From Tubulanus polymorphus (lineage: Eukaryota > Animalia > Nemertea): a DNA stretch of 64,000 nucleotides. Shown one piece after another: positions 46,114-58,128 of this stretch. A program made the position numbers and the translations under genes. Position 1 is the stretch's first letter; every line of letters begins with the position of its first letter. Where the stretch lies: positions 13,813,807-13,877,806 of the forward strand of contig NC_134031.1 in assembly GCF_964204645.1 (NCBI RefSeq). Reading direction: 5' to 3'. The notes beneath the pieces are model-generated. The model did not search any database. It saw only the letters and a list, made by a program, of their open reading frames with translations, and was not told the origin of the DNA.

Positions 46114-47521
46114 TTACTTGATATTTTTTGATATCATATTCACTAACCCAAAAATAATAGCACTAACAACTGTGATTAAAAATAAAATAATATGTTCAGC
46201 AGCAAAGTTAAGAATATTCCCAGCAGATTTCAATATAAAACCAACAATTGAAGCAATAACTCCTGGCAATGCTAAATATTTTGCTAATTTCTTTAAACCA
46301 TCCTTAACTTTATCTTGTATAGAATTATTGCCTGGAGGTTTATCTGGTTTATTTGGAGTAGGAGTAGATTTCAAAGCATTTGATATTGCTAAACCAATTG
46401 TTGTGAATAACATAGTTACAGCTGTTAGAATTGAAAGAATTGTTATTCCTTCTAATTTAAATAATAACTTTATTCTATCTTTCAATGATATTTCAGAATT
46501 TGGTTTTATCAACAAATCTTTAAAAATAACTTTTAATCTATTTATATTATAATCATACGATTTTAACGATAATTTAATTTCTTCTTTTTGTAATTCTATG
46601 TTATATTCTAAATCATCTTTTTCTTTTTCTAAACGTAACTCTTTTTGCCTATATTCTATTTCATCAATTACTTGATGATCTAAATCAGACTTTAATTGTT
46701 CTATTTCTTTATTTTTATCAGTTAATTCTTTTTCTAAAGTTCTAATTTTAAAATCTCTTATACTTTTATTATGTGCAATTTTATCAGATGCAAGTCTTAT
46801 ACTAATCTCTAATTGCTTTATCAGAAAATATATCTAAATCTTCTAATTCTTGATCTGTTGCATCAAGTAATCCCTTCGGTAAAAGTTTTTCAGTTTGAAC
46901 TTCTCTTGAATTAGGTCTACTAGTTTTGGAAGTTTTATCTTCTTTAGGAATTGTTTCTGGTTCTAAATTTTCATTAATTATCTTCAAAAAATCATTATTT
47001 CTTCGATTAAATTCTCTTCTATTTTGATTTATCTCTTCTTCTGTAACATCAGTTATAACATCATTATTGATTTTTTTAATTCTAGATTGTTCTAATTTAA
47101 TAAAAGTTGATTTTGTTATTATTTTATCAAGACTTTTATTAGAAGAAATCTTAAAATAATAGTCATCTTTCAAATGCCAATAATAATCACCATTTAAATA
47201 TTTCAAATCTTTTACTAAATAATTCACACCTTTATTTGTTATATTGAATCCAGATTTTTCTAATATTGGTTTGAATTTATCTGTTAATTCGTCATATTCT
47301 AGTTCTTTTTTCATTAAATCTGGATTTTCATTTTCAATGTCCAATCTTGAACGTGCTTTATTAACATATTCATTGGTATCAGGTCTTGCTAAATTAGAAT
47401 TATATGCTGTTTCATTTTCGTTACTGAAACTTGTTTCATCAAAATCAGGTGGTTGTTCATCAGTTATACCAGGTTCATCAAAAGGATCCATTCCAATATC
47501 TTCTCCACCTTCTACTTCCAT
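46114..47521 (-). pseudogene. Coiled-coil/membrane protein, copy B, frameshifted near 46800
   Basis: Homology to 32008-33606 continues in another frame (ASDKIAHNKSIRDFKIR); also lacks WELSKKSAA and has 27-bp tandem duplications at its 3' end. Confidence 0.8.
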
Positions 47522-47537
47522 TTATATAATAAAAAAA

Positions 47538-48839
47538 TTAAAATTTAAAATATAATATTCCTCCGATTACAATTCCTATACAAGTTATAGCTAATTTAGT
47601 ATTTTCATGGGATTTATTATCATCATTTAGTTTAATTATATCATGTTGAATTTTATCAGTTTTTATATCTTCTGATGTATTGTAATCTTTTATTTTAGAA
47701 TCATTATTTAATTTAATATTCTTAGTTTTAGTTTCTGTTGATTGAATATGTTTTTTATTTTTTTCACCTTCCATTAATTTTGGAGCAGTGATAATCTTTT
47801 TATTTATATCATTTAACCCAAATGAATTATTTATTGTTGCAGTTTTAATTAGATTATTATAACCAATTATATTTCCCATCTTCAATACTAAATCCTTAGA
47901 AATAATTAATAGATTAGGGCCTATACAATAATTAAGTCTTACATGAGATTTATCTAAATAATTTTGATATCTTATAATGTTTTCTGGAATCGATCTATTT
48001 TTATCATTATGAATTGAATCTTCAAATAAAACTTTAAACTGTTTCTGCGCATCGAATGAAGTGTTATCATTTCCAATTATTGGGGATCTTGTTTCAACTT
48101 GAGCGCCTAAAATACATATCAAATAAATTCTAATAGATTGATTTATTCTTTGTATACCTGATTTTGTAAAACCTTCACCATTTTCTAAAATGAAATTAAC
48201 CCAACTATTATTATTATCAATTTTATAATTATGATAAGCTCCAATTCTATGCATATAATCAATTCTTTTTATTTCATACTCTTCACCAACACCTTGCAAT
48301 TTACCATGCGCTCTAAAATCGGAATTAATATTTATATTAAATTCATTACATATTTTATAAAACTTGGATATATTAATATTATTATCCAATTCTTTAAAAT
48401 ATTTAGACCCGGGTAAAGGACATTCTAATTCATTTAATATTATTCTGATTTGAAAATATGTGTGAAATCTAAATATTGTGTGAATTAATTTTAAATCAGA
48501 ATACTTCAAATTTTTATCTAAGTTATTTAAATGATCATTCCAACTAATTCCACATCCTGTTGTTGCACAATAAACAGCAAAATTTAATTGATTCTGCCAA
48601 TATTTCATATTAGATTTTACTTTATATATATGATATTCATCTCGAGTAAAAGTAACTTCATATGTATTAAATATATTTTCCATTTTAGAAATAAAAAACT
48701 GTGATTCATTAACATAAATTTCTAAATTAGTTAATGAATTTAAAACTATATTTTTATATGTAATATTTTTCTTAAAATCTATTGCCGGAATATTATATTT
48801 AATTGATTTATTATATTGGAAAGCTTTTGGAAACCCCAT
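47538..48839 (-). CDS. 433-aa C-terminally anchored protein, copy B
   Basis: Near-identical to 30690-31991. Confidence 0.8.
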   Translation of the reverse strand: MGFPKAFQYNKSIKYNIPAIDFKKNITYKNIVLNSLTNLEIYVNESQFFISKMENIFNTYEVTFTRDEYHIYKVKSNMKYWQNQLNFAVYCATTGCGISWNDHLNNLDKNLKYSDLKLIHTIFRFHTYFQIRIILNELECPLPGSKYFKELDNNINISKFYKICNEFNININSDFRAHGKLQGVGEEYEIKRIDYMHRIGAYHNYKIDNNNSWVNFILENGEGFTKSGIQRINQSIRIYLICILGAQVETRSPIIGNDNTSFDAQKQFKVLFEDSIHNDKNRSIPENIIRYQNYLDKSHVRLNYCIGPNLLIISKDLVLKMGNIIGYNNLIKTATINNSFGLNDINKKIITAPKLMEGEKNKKHIQSTETKTKNIKLNNDSKIKDYNTSEDIKTDKIQHDIIKLNDDNKSHENTKLAITCIGIVIGGILYFKF

Positions 48840-48855
48840 TTATATAACTAAAAAA

Positions 48856-49290
48856 TTAATAATTTATTAATTCTTTTAATAATTTATCTTGTTCTTCAAC
48901 TGTTATATGACCATTTAAACTTATTATATAATCTAGTGTGTTCTTTAATTTATTAATTTCTTTTATATTAGTTTTAATTTTTTCTTTATTACTTTTTATA
49001 TTTAATTTTGAACTTATACCAGTTAAAACACTTGAACTTAATCCTAATACACCAATTGATATAGCTAAAGGTGTTAATGGACTGAATATTGCTAAAAATG
49101 TTATTACAGAACTAATTGTAACCGAACCACTTATAATCAAATAATATATAATTTTACTTTTTAAATATTTTTTCTTTTTAACTTTTAAGTCACTTTCAAA
49201 TTCTAATATTTGTTTTTCTAAATATTTTTTTAATTTAGTTTTATTTATATCATGAGGAATAATATCAATACTATCAACTTTATCTTCCAT
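48856..49290 (-). CDS. Two-TM protein, copy B
   Basis: Homolog of 30239-30673. Confidence 0.78.
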   Translation of the reverse strand: MEDKVDSIDIIPHDINKTKLKKYLEKQILEFESDLKVKKKKYLKSKIIYYLIISGSVTISSVITFLAIFSPLTPLAISIGVLGLSSSVLTGISSKLNIKSNKEKIKTNIKEINKLKNTLDYIISLNGHITVEEQDKLLKELINY

Positions 49291-49322
49291 TTATTTAGAA
49301 TAAAAATTACTTATTAGTAAAT

Positions 49323-49733
49323 TTATAAGCAACAAATATAACAATAACTTGTTCCACCTAAAATCCATATTATTTCATATTTCTGTTGTTCTTTACTTGG
49401 GGTATAATAATCTGATAATTTAGGTTTGTATAGATGTAATTTTTCTTTATTTGTTACTGCGTTATATAAACTCATTGCATCATCAACTGATTGAAAATCT
49501 CTATGTGAAATCTTCTGATCATATAATTCTTTATTGATGTAATCCATATAGTTTTGTCTCTTTTCTCTATATTCTTCTGCAGCTTTATTGTATTTCTCTA
49601 ACGCTAAGTTATGTCTTCTTTGTTCTCCTAATGAACTATTTTTATCAATATGTTTAAATAAATAACCACCACCAGTAAATGCTAAAGCGTTAACAATTGC
49701 CGATCCTATAATAGTTATAATTGCAGAAGCCAT
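49323..49733 (-). CDS. Membrane protein, copy B (frameshift alters the C-terminal TM)
   Basis: Homolog of 29797-30219; diverges after LGGT. Confidence 0.7.
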   Translation of the reverse strand: MASAIITIIGSAIVNALAFTGGGYLFKHIDKNSSLGEQRRHNLALEKYNKAAEEYREKRQNYMDYINKELYDQKISHRDFQSVDDAMSLYNAVTNKEKLHLYKPKLSDYYTPSKEQQKYEIIWILGGTSYCYICCL

Positions 49734-49757
49734 TTATTTAACAAAAAAATTATGCAT

Positions 49758-49979
49758 TTATATGGGAGGAATATATTTTTGTTTTTCCAAATAATCAATA
49801 GTTAAATTAGATAAAGTAACTGCTAATGTTAACTTTAAAATATCATTTATATCAAATCTATCAACATTAACACTTCCCATTTTGAATACTTTTTTTAATA
49901 CCATTGAATAACCAACAGTTCCAACTGATAGTAAGGCACCATTATATAATCCAGTTATTATCCACTTATTATCATTCAT
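49758..49979 (-). CDS. Small hydrophobic protein (73 aa), copy B
   Basis: Homolog of 29551-29772. Confidence 0.75.
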   Translation of the reverse strand: MNDNKWIITGLYNGALLSVGTVGYSMVLKKVFKMGSVNVDRFDINDILKLTLAVTLSNLTIDYLEKQKYIPPI

Positions 49980-50321
49980 TTATTTATCAAAAAAATTACT
50001 ATCATCAAAATATTTAGTTAACTTATTTATGATTAATTCAACATTTATTTCATTACTAGTTTTATGATTATCATATATTTTGGATAATATGTTTTTAATA
50101 TCTTCAATAATTCCATCTTCATTTAATTCATAATATTCTAAAGGTGATTTAATTAAATCAATTACTTTTTCTATATTATACTTTTCTTCATCAATCATTG
50201 ATGCATTGTTAAATGATTTACTTTTTATATCAGTAATTACATCATTTAGTTTAATTCTCATTTCTTTACCATGTTTAAAATCAAACCCAAAACATATACT
50301 CGGTCCAACAGTTATATTCAT
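49980..50321 (-). CDS. Hypothetical protein (113 aa), copy B
   Basis: Homolog of 29191-29547 with divergent middle. Confidence 0.75.
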   Translation of the reverse strand: MNITVGPSICFGFDFKHGKEMRIKLNDVITDIKSKSFNNASMIDEEKYNIEKVIDLIKSPLEYYELNEDGIIEDIKNILSKIYDNHKTSNEINVELIINKLTKYFDDSNFFDK

Positions 50322-50337
50322 TTATATAGGTGAAAAA

Positions 50338-51099
50338 TTACTCTTTACATCTTATAACTAATTCATAAATTACAGGAAAGTTATTCAAATCAATTAAGTA
50401 TCCATTATGATTTCTAATTTCTAATCTAAAATTATTAAAACTAGGAATGCATGGTTTGAAATCACAATCTGTTAAATTATAATTTATTTGCGTTCCAAAT
50501 TCTTTAACATTCTTCCATGGTAAAATGTTTAGTAAACCAGAATTACAAGTTATATCTTTAGTTGCTTCGAATGTTTTTGTAGGATCGATTAAATTGCAAT
50601 AAATATAAAAATGTGTGTAAGGTATTAAGTTTGGTGTAGTAGCGTCAATATTTGTAAAAGATCTATCTGGAAGAATTCCTAACAGTTTAGCTATAGGTTT
50701 TTTTACCATAAGTTTATGTTTTTCACTATTAGACAACCTTATCTTTATTCTATCAGAACTCTCACTTTTTAAAAATCTAATACTAAACCCAGAACTACTA
50801 CCTAATTTGTGCCAGGCTTTTCTATTAATTTCTTGTGCTAATGTATCTAAATTATATAACCCTGGTTTTAAATATATATAGACCCATTCATTTTTATTTC
50901 TAATATTAATTAAAATGACTCTATGTTCAATAGACTTATCCGATACATTGTAAAAAGAATTACATAAACTTATATTAACTAATTTTAAATCTACACAATT
51001 CTTAAATTCTCTATCTAATTGTACTAGTAAATTATGAGATTTATAATTTGTAAGTTTTCTAGAATCAACAAATATTCTGTATTCTTTTAATTCTACCAT
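50338..51099 (-). CDS. Minor capsid protein (penton), copy B
   Basis: Homolog of 28416-29174 with divergent central region. Confidence 0.8.
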   Translation of the reverse strand: MVELKEYRIFVDSRKLTNYKSHNLLVQLDREFKNCVDLKLVNISLCNSFYNVSDKSIEHRVILINIRNKNEWVYIYLKPGLYNLDTLAQEINRKAWHKLGSSSGFSIRFLKSESSDRIKIRLSNSEKHKLMVKKPIAKLLGILPDRSFTNIDATTPNLIPYTHFYIYCNLIDPTKTFEATKDITCNSGLLNILPWKNVKEFGTQINYNLTDCDFKPCIPSFNNFRLEIRNHNGYLIDLNNFPVIYELVIRCKE

Positions 51100-51167
51100 T
51101 ATTTATAACACAAAAAAATTACCGCTCATCACTAAAAATTAATTTTAATAAAATTTTTCCTTAATAA

Positions 51168-52469
51168 ATGGATGAGAAGATAGCATGCGAAATTTGTGGT
51201 GAACTTCTAAGAAAAAGTAATATGGCTCGACATATGAAAAAACATGATGAAAATTATAAACCCCCTAAAATAAACTGTCCAAAATGTAATAAATTATTCT
51301 CAAGAAATTATGTTAAAAAACATTCAGAGAAGTGTAGAATTAATGGCGCAACGGCTAATGTTGATAGTAATTCTGCTGAAGTTGAACCTGAAGTTATTTG
51401 GAAAAGACCTTTCTTATTCTATGATAAGGATAATATAAAAGATCATTTCTGTGAGCCTTGTCAAGTAAAATATAGCCCTGAAAATATAGAAGATTGGGAG
51501 AATCATCAATTTCGTAAAGCACATATAGATAAAATTTCTAATAAATTTGAAACTGAATTCAATGAAAGAAAAAATAATTTATTAGAAAAAATAAAATATG
51601 AGAAAACGTTACCAGATAATAAAGAAACAGTTGAAAAGTTAGAAAAACAATATAATGAATTAACAAGAAAAACATATTATTGTAAATATTGTAAATTGAT
51701 TATTACAACAAGTAATTCAAATCTACATAATAGAACAATAAAACATAAAGAAAACGTAAGAAAATACCAAGAGCTTAATGAAGATCTATTACCAATAAAT
51801 TATAAACGAAAATGCCCACAATGTAGTTATGCGACCTTAAGACAAGAAGGTACTGTGTTATTTTGTGTTGAATGTGGATGGCAAAAGAATTTATGGGGTG
51901 AAGAAAAAACTAGAGATTTTCTCATAGAACCAAAATTAAATTATCTAGATGAAATTTTTAAAATATTTTCTATAGAAGATCATACACCAGAATATATGCA
52001 ATGGCTTGAAAAAATGAAAATAATAGAAAATAAAAATGGTGAAATAACTAAAAAAGATATTATAAAAACAATTATTCCACCAACATTTAACACAAAACAA
52101 AAGAAAATGTATTTATATTTATTATTTAACGATTATTATGAAAAACCTAAATTAACAGAAGAAGATATGGAAAATATAAAAAAAATATTTAAACAAATAT
52201 TAATGTATCATTTGGAAAATAGAATAACAGATTCAATAAATTATGAATTCTTTTTAAATAAGATTGTAAATTATTTAAACCTAGATATTATAATTCCATT
52301 TGATGAATTAACAAACAAAAAGAAACAAAGAGAGCGAGATGAAATGTGGAACAAGATAGAACTTTATTTAAATGAGAAAAATGGAATGGAAGAAGAACCT
52401 GAACAATTAAATGAAAATGAAGAAGCCAATAGTGATTTCGAGTATGATGATATTGATTTTATGTTTTAA
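51168..52469 (+). CDS. Zinc-finger/VLTF3-like protein, copy B
   Basis: Near-identical to 27046-28347. Confidence 0.7.
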   Translation: MDEKIACEICGELLRKSNMARHMKKHDENYKPPKINCPKCNKLFSRNYVKKHSEKCRINGATANVDSNSAEVEPEVIWKRPFLFYDKDNIKDHFCEPCQVKYSPENIEDWENHQFRKAHIDKISNKFETEFNERKNNLLEKIKYEKTLPDNKETVEKLEKQYNELTRKTYYCKYCKLIITTSNSNLHNRTIKHKENVRKYQELNEDLLPINYKRKCPQCSYATLRQEGTVLFCVECGWQKNLWGEEKTRDFLIEPKLNYLDEIFKIFSIEDHTPEYMQWLEKMKIIENKNGEITKKDIIKTIIPPTFNTKQKKMYLYLLFNDYYEKPKLTEEDMENIKKIFKQILMYHLENRITDSINYEFFLNKIVNYLNLDIIIPFDELTNKKKQRERDEMWNKIELYLNEKNGMEEEPEQLNENEEANSDFEYDDIDFMF

Positions 52470-55400
52470 TAGCCATAAGGTAATGTTTTTATACCATCAT
52501 CTGAAATATGCCTTTTATCATCAAATGGATTTAAACTAGTTTTTTCAACTTCATTAATGTACATCTCATGATTTTCTGATCTTAGACAATTCATTTTGTG
52601 TTTCATTACAATTGATTTATATAAACACTTTATATAATCTTGAAATTCTATATGTTTATCAACCACATGTTTAGTTATTCCTTTTAACTTTTTAGCTTCA
52701 TGATCTTTTGTTCTGTAACTATACATTTTACTTCTTATCCCAACAAATTCAATCATTTCATCACCTCCTAATTCATCTTTAAACTTACCAGGAATCTTTT
52801 TATTATCATTGCTAAATAGTTCATGATCTTTGGGATAATTACTAAAATCAAAATGATGTTTTAATGTTTTTAAGTCTTTTGTTATGTCATTTGTCTTGAT
52901 TTTTAGTATGTACGCATCCGTATTTTTTTGGATTAATGGGAACCCAGAATTGAATGTTGCATCATCTGTTGATAAATCATAAACATAATCTGTTGGGTTA
53001 TATATTTCAAATAAATCTTTAACTTCTTCAGTTAAATCTTTTTCTGTGTGGCTTAGATTAAAACAATTTGGTTTAGATTTAATCAATCCAATATTCATAT
53101 TGAAGCCTAATGAATTACATAATATATTTAACCCTGATATAGCAACTTTTCCTTTCTGTGCAAAGGTTATCTTTTTATCCTTTGTAAATTTTTTAGTACC
53201 ATCAGCTGCGTAGAATCCAATAAAGAACCATTTTCTTAAATTATTTTTTGCATTTAATACATAATCTGGAACTATCTTTTCTTTTGTTGAAGTATTACTT
53301 TTCACTATTGCATGAATATAGAATTCATCATTATATTCTATAGCAAAATCTTTAGGATTATTTACAAGTATTCTATAAACTGCTGATGATTTCATAACAT
53401 CCATGATTCTAAATGTTTTATTTGGATAAACTTCTTCACAGAATTTCTTAATTCTTTCTAATAATCTTAAGTCTTGATTGCATAAATACCAACAATATTT
53501 ATTACCCCAAACATATTTATACGCACCTGCTGAACCATCACCCATGAAAAATCCATTGATAAAATATTCTTTTTCTTCTAATGTTTCAGGTTCTATATTA
53601 TAAATATTATCAATTATTTCATCAAATGACATATGATTCATTCTTTGGAAAAATCTTTTATGTAATAATTCATCTCCAATTTTTATATCAGTTGGTTTTA
53701 TTTTATCACCATTTCGTTTAATTAAACTATGATCTTCTGTAACATCTACAAATCCTAATTTAGTTCTAACTCTATAGATTTTCTTATTTGTTTTATGCCT
53801 AATAATATTCTTTAATTTTTTCCATCCATTTCTTGTCCAAACATCCATTAAACCATTTATTTGTATTAGTTCTTTTTCACCATATGAAATATAACATTCA
53901 TTTTGTTTTGGAATTATTTCTGAAATTCTTTTTACCAATATTTTATTATTACATTTTAATAATATTGGGGTGTCGGCCGTTACAGAATCGAAGTACAGAA
54001 TTTCTATATGTTTTTCCCCAAACAATGGTTGTAAAACATTATAATGAAAATTATACATTAATAATTTTGATATTTCTAAAACTGTTGAACCAATGAAAAT
54101 AGGTTTATTAAATTTCATTGACGTTCTTTTTAATTTTACCGCGGTCAAATAATCCTCAAACCTTTTATTTCCTAAATGTCTAGGATTTGATTGTAGGTGT
54201 CTCAATCGTTCAGAATTATTTACTAATTCAATATCATTTCTATTTCTAATATTTTCACATGTTTTACCATAAAAACTATTGTTCATTAATTTGAAGAAAT
54301 CTTTTTCAAAATCTGTTTTTGATATGGTTCTCTGTTGAGTATTGAAATCTATATATTTTTCTAACCACTTTGATTGATTAAATTCAATATATCTATGTAC
54401 TTTCTTTAATTTCATTCCTTGTTTTAGATAAAATTTTAACATTCTATAATGAACAATATAATTGTATTTATTATTTTGAGTAAGTATTAATTTTTCTGTA
54501 AAAACATGATCTTTCGGTTTTATTTTCTTCTGGTATTCACTTAAATAACTATCATCTACAGTTAAATGTTCTGGGCAATAAGGTAAGTTTCTTGTTTTAA
54601 ACTTTATGTTATCAGGATATTCTAAATCAACTACAAAGAAATAACCAATTGGTGCTTCATCTTCTAAACTCATAATTGCGCTTTCCCAATTAGTTTTATC
54701 ATCATTTTCAACTTCTGTTAATATAAAATTTTTATATGGTTGAGGTTGCATCATTGCCCAACCATATAAATTATTGGCGTCAATATATAATAATTTATAT
54801 TCACCATTTGCTTTAAAATACCTATCTCCCATAACACCACTAATTCCACCTCTAATTGATTTTTCAAATAATAAAACCATATCTGGTTCTTTTAATAAAT
54901 CTAATTCTACATTTGTATATTTTAAACCACATTGCCAGGTTAAACCAGGACTTGAATAACAATAACAAGGGTCAACATTAAAATGGTTTAGATTAACTTC
55001 TCTAAACTTTACTTATATCTGCCAATATCATAACATCTGATTTTAAATATAAATCAACTAATTCCCCATGATTTTTCATCTTAAAATGGTTCCAAATATT
55101 TAATGTTCTATTAAACACTTCATCTTTCACATACTCCTCTTTTAATTGATCATAAAATTGATCTTTTAATAATTCTGTTACATTAAAATCATCGTGTGTT
55201 TTATAAAATGAGTAAGGAATTGCGCCTTTATATCTCAATAATTTAAAATCTTGGTCATTTGGATAATAATATCGAGTTATAACAAAATCATTATCAACTA
55301 AACTTTTTGATAAATTATCTAATGAACTTGCTAGAAATCTATAAGAATCTAAAAATCTAATGCAACCAAATTGAAATGAAATATAATTTTCAGATGTTTT

Positions 55401-57530
55401 AGCTAATAGTTTAAAATCATATTTTCTTACATTTGCTTCATTCATAGCATTATATTCTTCTATTTCTTGATTAATTGTACCCAATTTCTTTGATAATTGT
55501 TTTATAAATAGATGGGTATCATAACCTGATAAATTATGAAATAATATTGGTACGAAATTAACTTTCTTAGCTTGTAAATTGCAATCTTCATGAGCAGCTC
55601 CACGATATTTTGAATTCAAATGATCATGATCTCTAACTCTTTTATCAAATGAATAAAAACGTTTTTCACAATAACAACAATGAGTTGCATAATTAAAATC
55701 AATTTCATCTTCTTTTGTCATAACTATTCTTTTATTTTTGTTTAATAATTTTGTAAAATCACTTTCTAATTCAATCATTTTATCACAAAAATCATTAACT
55801 ACATTTTCACCTCTAAAAGAAATATATTGACTTTCATATAATTCGGGATAATTTGATTTTATGTAAATTCCATAAGCAGCAGCTCTTTGATGAACTTTTT
55901 TAATTGTATTTATAATTGGTGGGTCTTGTATTGCGTCTTCATTTAATTCATTTCCTTTATCCATTGATTTTAATAATTGCTTTTTGTTATATATTTCTTT
56001 TCTATCTTGATTAGTTAATTCTTTATTCAACGATTCAAAATCCCCATAAATTACAAATGGAACAATATTTTTAAATTTATGATTAGTAAATTTCAATTTA
56101 TAATCTTTTTCTGTTGGCATTATTAATTTACAAAAATCTTTATTATCACATAATTCTTTATGTTTTAATAATGTATTCTCAGCCATAAATTTAGATAAAC
56201 ATTTTCTACATAGATAAATTTTACGATAATGATCACTTTCTGTTGTTCTAAAGAATAAATCAATTTGTTTTAACCACATATAATGTTCATTTTCATCTTT
56301 TTTGTAATATAACAAATCTATAGCATTTTCATCATCATAATATTCTGTTAAATATAAAGCTTCCAATGTATAATCTTTAATATTTTCACCTTTTGTCTTT
56401 GGTAATTGTATTAATTCGAATACATTTATTTTTAAATTATTAACTTTTTCTATTTTAGGAATCATTTTTATAGTTACTGGATATTGATCAATTTTATATA
56501 ATGTTTCATATTTCCGATAATCTGTTATTCTACAAACATTTTCCTGTGCTGGATGTAAGCAACTAATAATTGACCATAGAAAACATTCATTATCTTCATT
56601 TTGAATATTTATTACTGCTTTTGTTATAAATGGTAATTTAATATAAGATGATGCTTTAATATCCTTTTCTGTTGTAAAGTTTGAATCATTTTTAAACATT
56701 TTATTACTTTTTGATGTTTTATTTCTTTTTGTATTATAAACATTTAAATCTAAATATATAATTTCATTCAATGTTAAACCAGAACCCTCAAAATATCTTT
56801 CTTCAATATGACGTTTAAATTCATTTAATATTTTTTCTAACTTCTCTTTTATTTGTGTTTTTGAAATTATTTCTTCAGAGTGTGTTTGAATATTATAATC
56901 CATTTTTTCTTCTGACTTTATAAAACTTACTTTCCCAGAGATACTAATTTTTGGATATTCAACATCTGTTATCAAATCTAGTATTTTTTCTATTATTTCA
57001 TTAAATTTACTATAATCTTCTATTGTTGTACCTTTAAAAAATCTAAATATAATAGCTGCAGGACCAATTTTACTATATAATGTTTCTAAGATTTCAATTG
57101 TATCTTTTATTTCTAGTGAATCAATATAATTTCTAACATTTTCCATGTAAGGTTTATTTGAAATAGATTTTGTTTTTGAAGTTGATTCTTTTACTTGTTG
57201 AGGTTTATCATCAAAATAATCTATTCCTAAAACATTATTTCTCAAATTTTGACGGTGTTTTTCTGTTTCGAGATGTCTATTATAATTCCTTTTTGTTATA
57301 AATTCATCACAAACTTCACATTTTATTTCATTCACATTCATATTTTCTAATCGTTCTTTTCTTTCATTGGAATTTTCTGGAGTTTCAAAATCTATTACAT
57401 TTTTTATATGATTTGCAGTTTTTTCATGTCGTGTTTTATGAGATGTATCGATGTATTTTTTACAATATTGACAATAATATTGATTTTTATTGACATTATT
57501 GTTTTCTAGTTGGTGTTCATTCTCCCCCAT
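52466..57530 (-). pseudogene. polB: Protein-primed PolB with intein, copy B; frameshift near 55010
   Basis: GCAGATATA-AGT-AAAGTTTAG versus GCAGATATA-TTTGA-AAAGTTTAG in copy A (net 2-nt loss) splits the gene into ORFs 55002-57530 and 52466-54880. Confidence 0.93.
52922..53986 (-). mobile_element. Intein (355 aa) with LAGLIDADG endonuclease, copy B
   Basis: YFD/SVTADTP...FINGFFMGDG...FFIGFYAADG...LIQKN/TDAY; same site and length as in copy A. Confidence 0.95.
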
Positions 57531-57615
57531 TTATTAGGGAAAAAAATTACTTGTGGTGATGAGTGGTGTCTCGCCCTCTCGCCCTCTGATCTGAAACCCC
57601 ACTTTTCTAATTACT
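57526..57615 (-). repeat. pPolB-side TIR of element B
   Basis: Reverse complement of the 41209 terminus; followed by TSD TATATG. Confidence 0.95.
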
Positions 57616-57714
57616 TATATGGTATACCAGGGGGCGTTGAATATTGAAATAGTTAGATTGTTGAGAATTTGAAACCACTTCCCAAGTGGGCATGGTTTCC
57701 CTGGACCCCTAGTT
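57616..57714 (+). mobile_element. HINE copy 3, 3' end
   Basis: ...CTTCCCAAGTGGGCATGGTTTCCCTGGACCCCTAGTT matches 16660-16750. Confidence 0.85.
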
Positions 57715-58025
57715 ATTTTTTTTCTTCTAAACTCTAGATATTTTTTATATTCTTTTCTCCTTTTTCTATGATCTTTTTGCAATTCAAGGGAACATCTTTT
57801 ACATTTACATACTAAACCATCAATTGTTCCTTTTCTTTTATGAAATTCTGAATAATTTTTTAATTCACCACAACCTAACACATCTTTTCACATCAAATAT
57901 TTCATCTCTACATAGGTTACACTTAATTTTTTTCATCTCTTTCCTTTAAAGTCATTTATTATCTTTAATCTTAGACAAAAATGACAAAATCTATCACGAG
58001 TTTCAAGTGTATTATCATTCATCAT
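57715..58025 (-). pseudogene. Decayed multi-CxxC zinc-finger gene of an older AT-rich viral element (likely continues at 40110-40240)
   Basis: GTAATTTTTTTCTATATAAATG start at 58025; frameshifted peptides FCHFCLRLK, KCNLC, GCGELKNYSEFHKRKGTIDGLVCKCKRC; YKYCDQCKQLLPL on the far side of the HINE. Confidence 0.65.
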
Positions 58026-58074
58026 TTATATAGAAAAAAATTACCAAATATATTTTACCCAACATTTTTACCCA

Positions 58075-58128
58075 AAAACCTACCTAGCCTCATACTTCTG
58101 GTTTCAAACCACCCAATTTTCCCTTACT
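58075..58128 (-). repeat. Diverged TIR of the older element
   Basis: AGTAAGGGAAAATTGGGTGGTTTGAAACCAGAAGTATGAGG resembles AGTAATTAGAAAAGTGGGGTTTCAGGCCAGAGGGCGTGAGG. Confidence 0.55.

Larger units (their letters stand above)
41209..57615 (-). mobile_element. Polinton/Maverick-type endogenous virus, copy B (16,407 bp), inverted relative to A
   Basis: AGT...ACT termini, TIRs, 6-bp TSD TATATG (41203-41208, 57616-57621), same 15-gene order as A. Confidence 0.97.

Noticed and set aside
21898-57615. Single inverted segmental duplication or assembly mirror artefact
   Set aside because: Different TSDs, different flanks, element-specific TIR variants and strongly diverged gene segments show two separate insertions.
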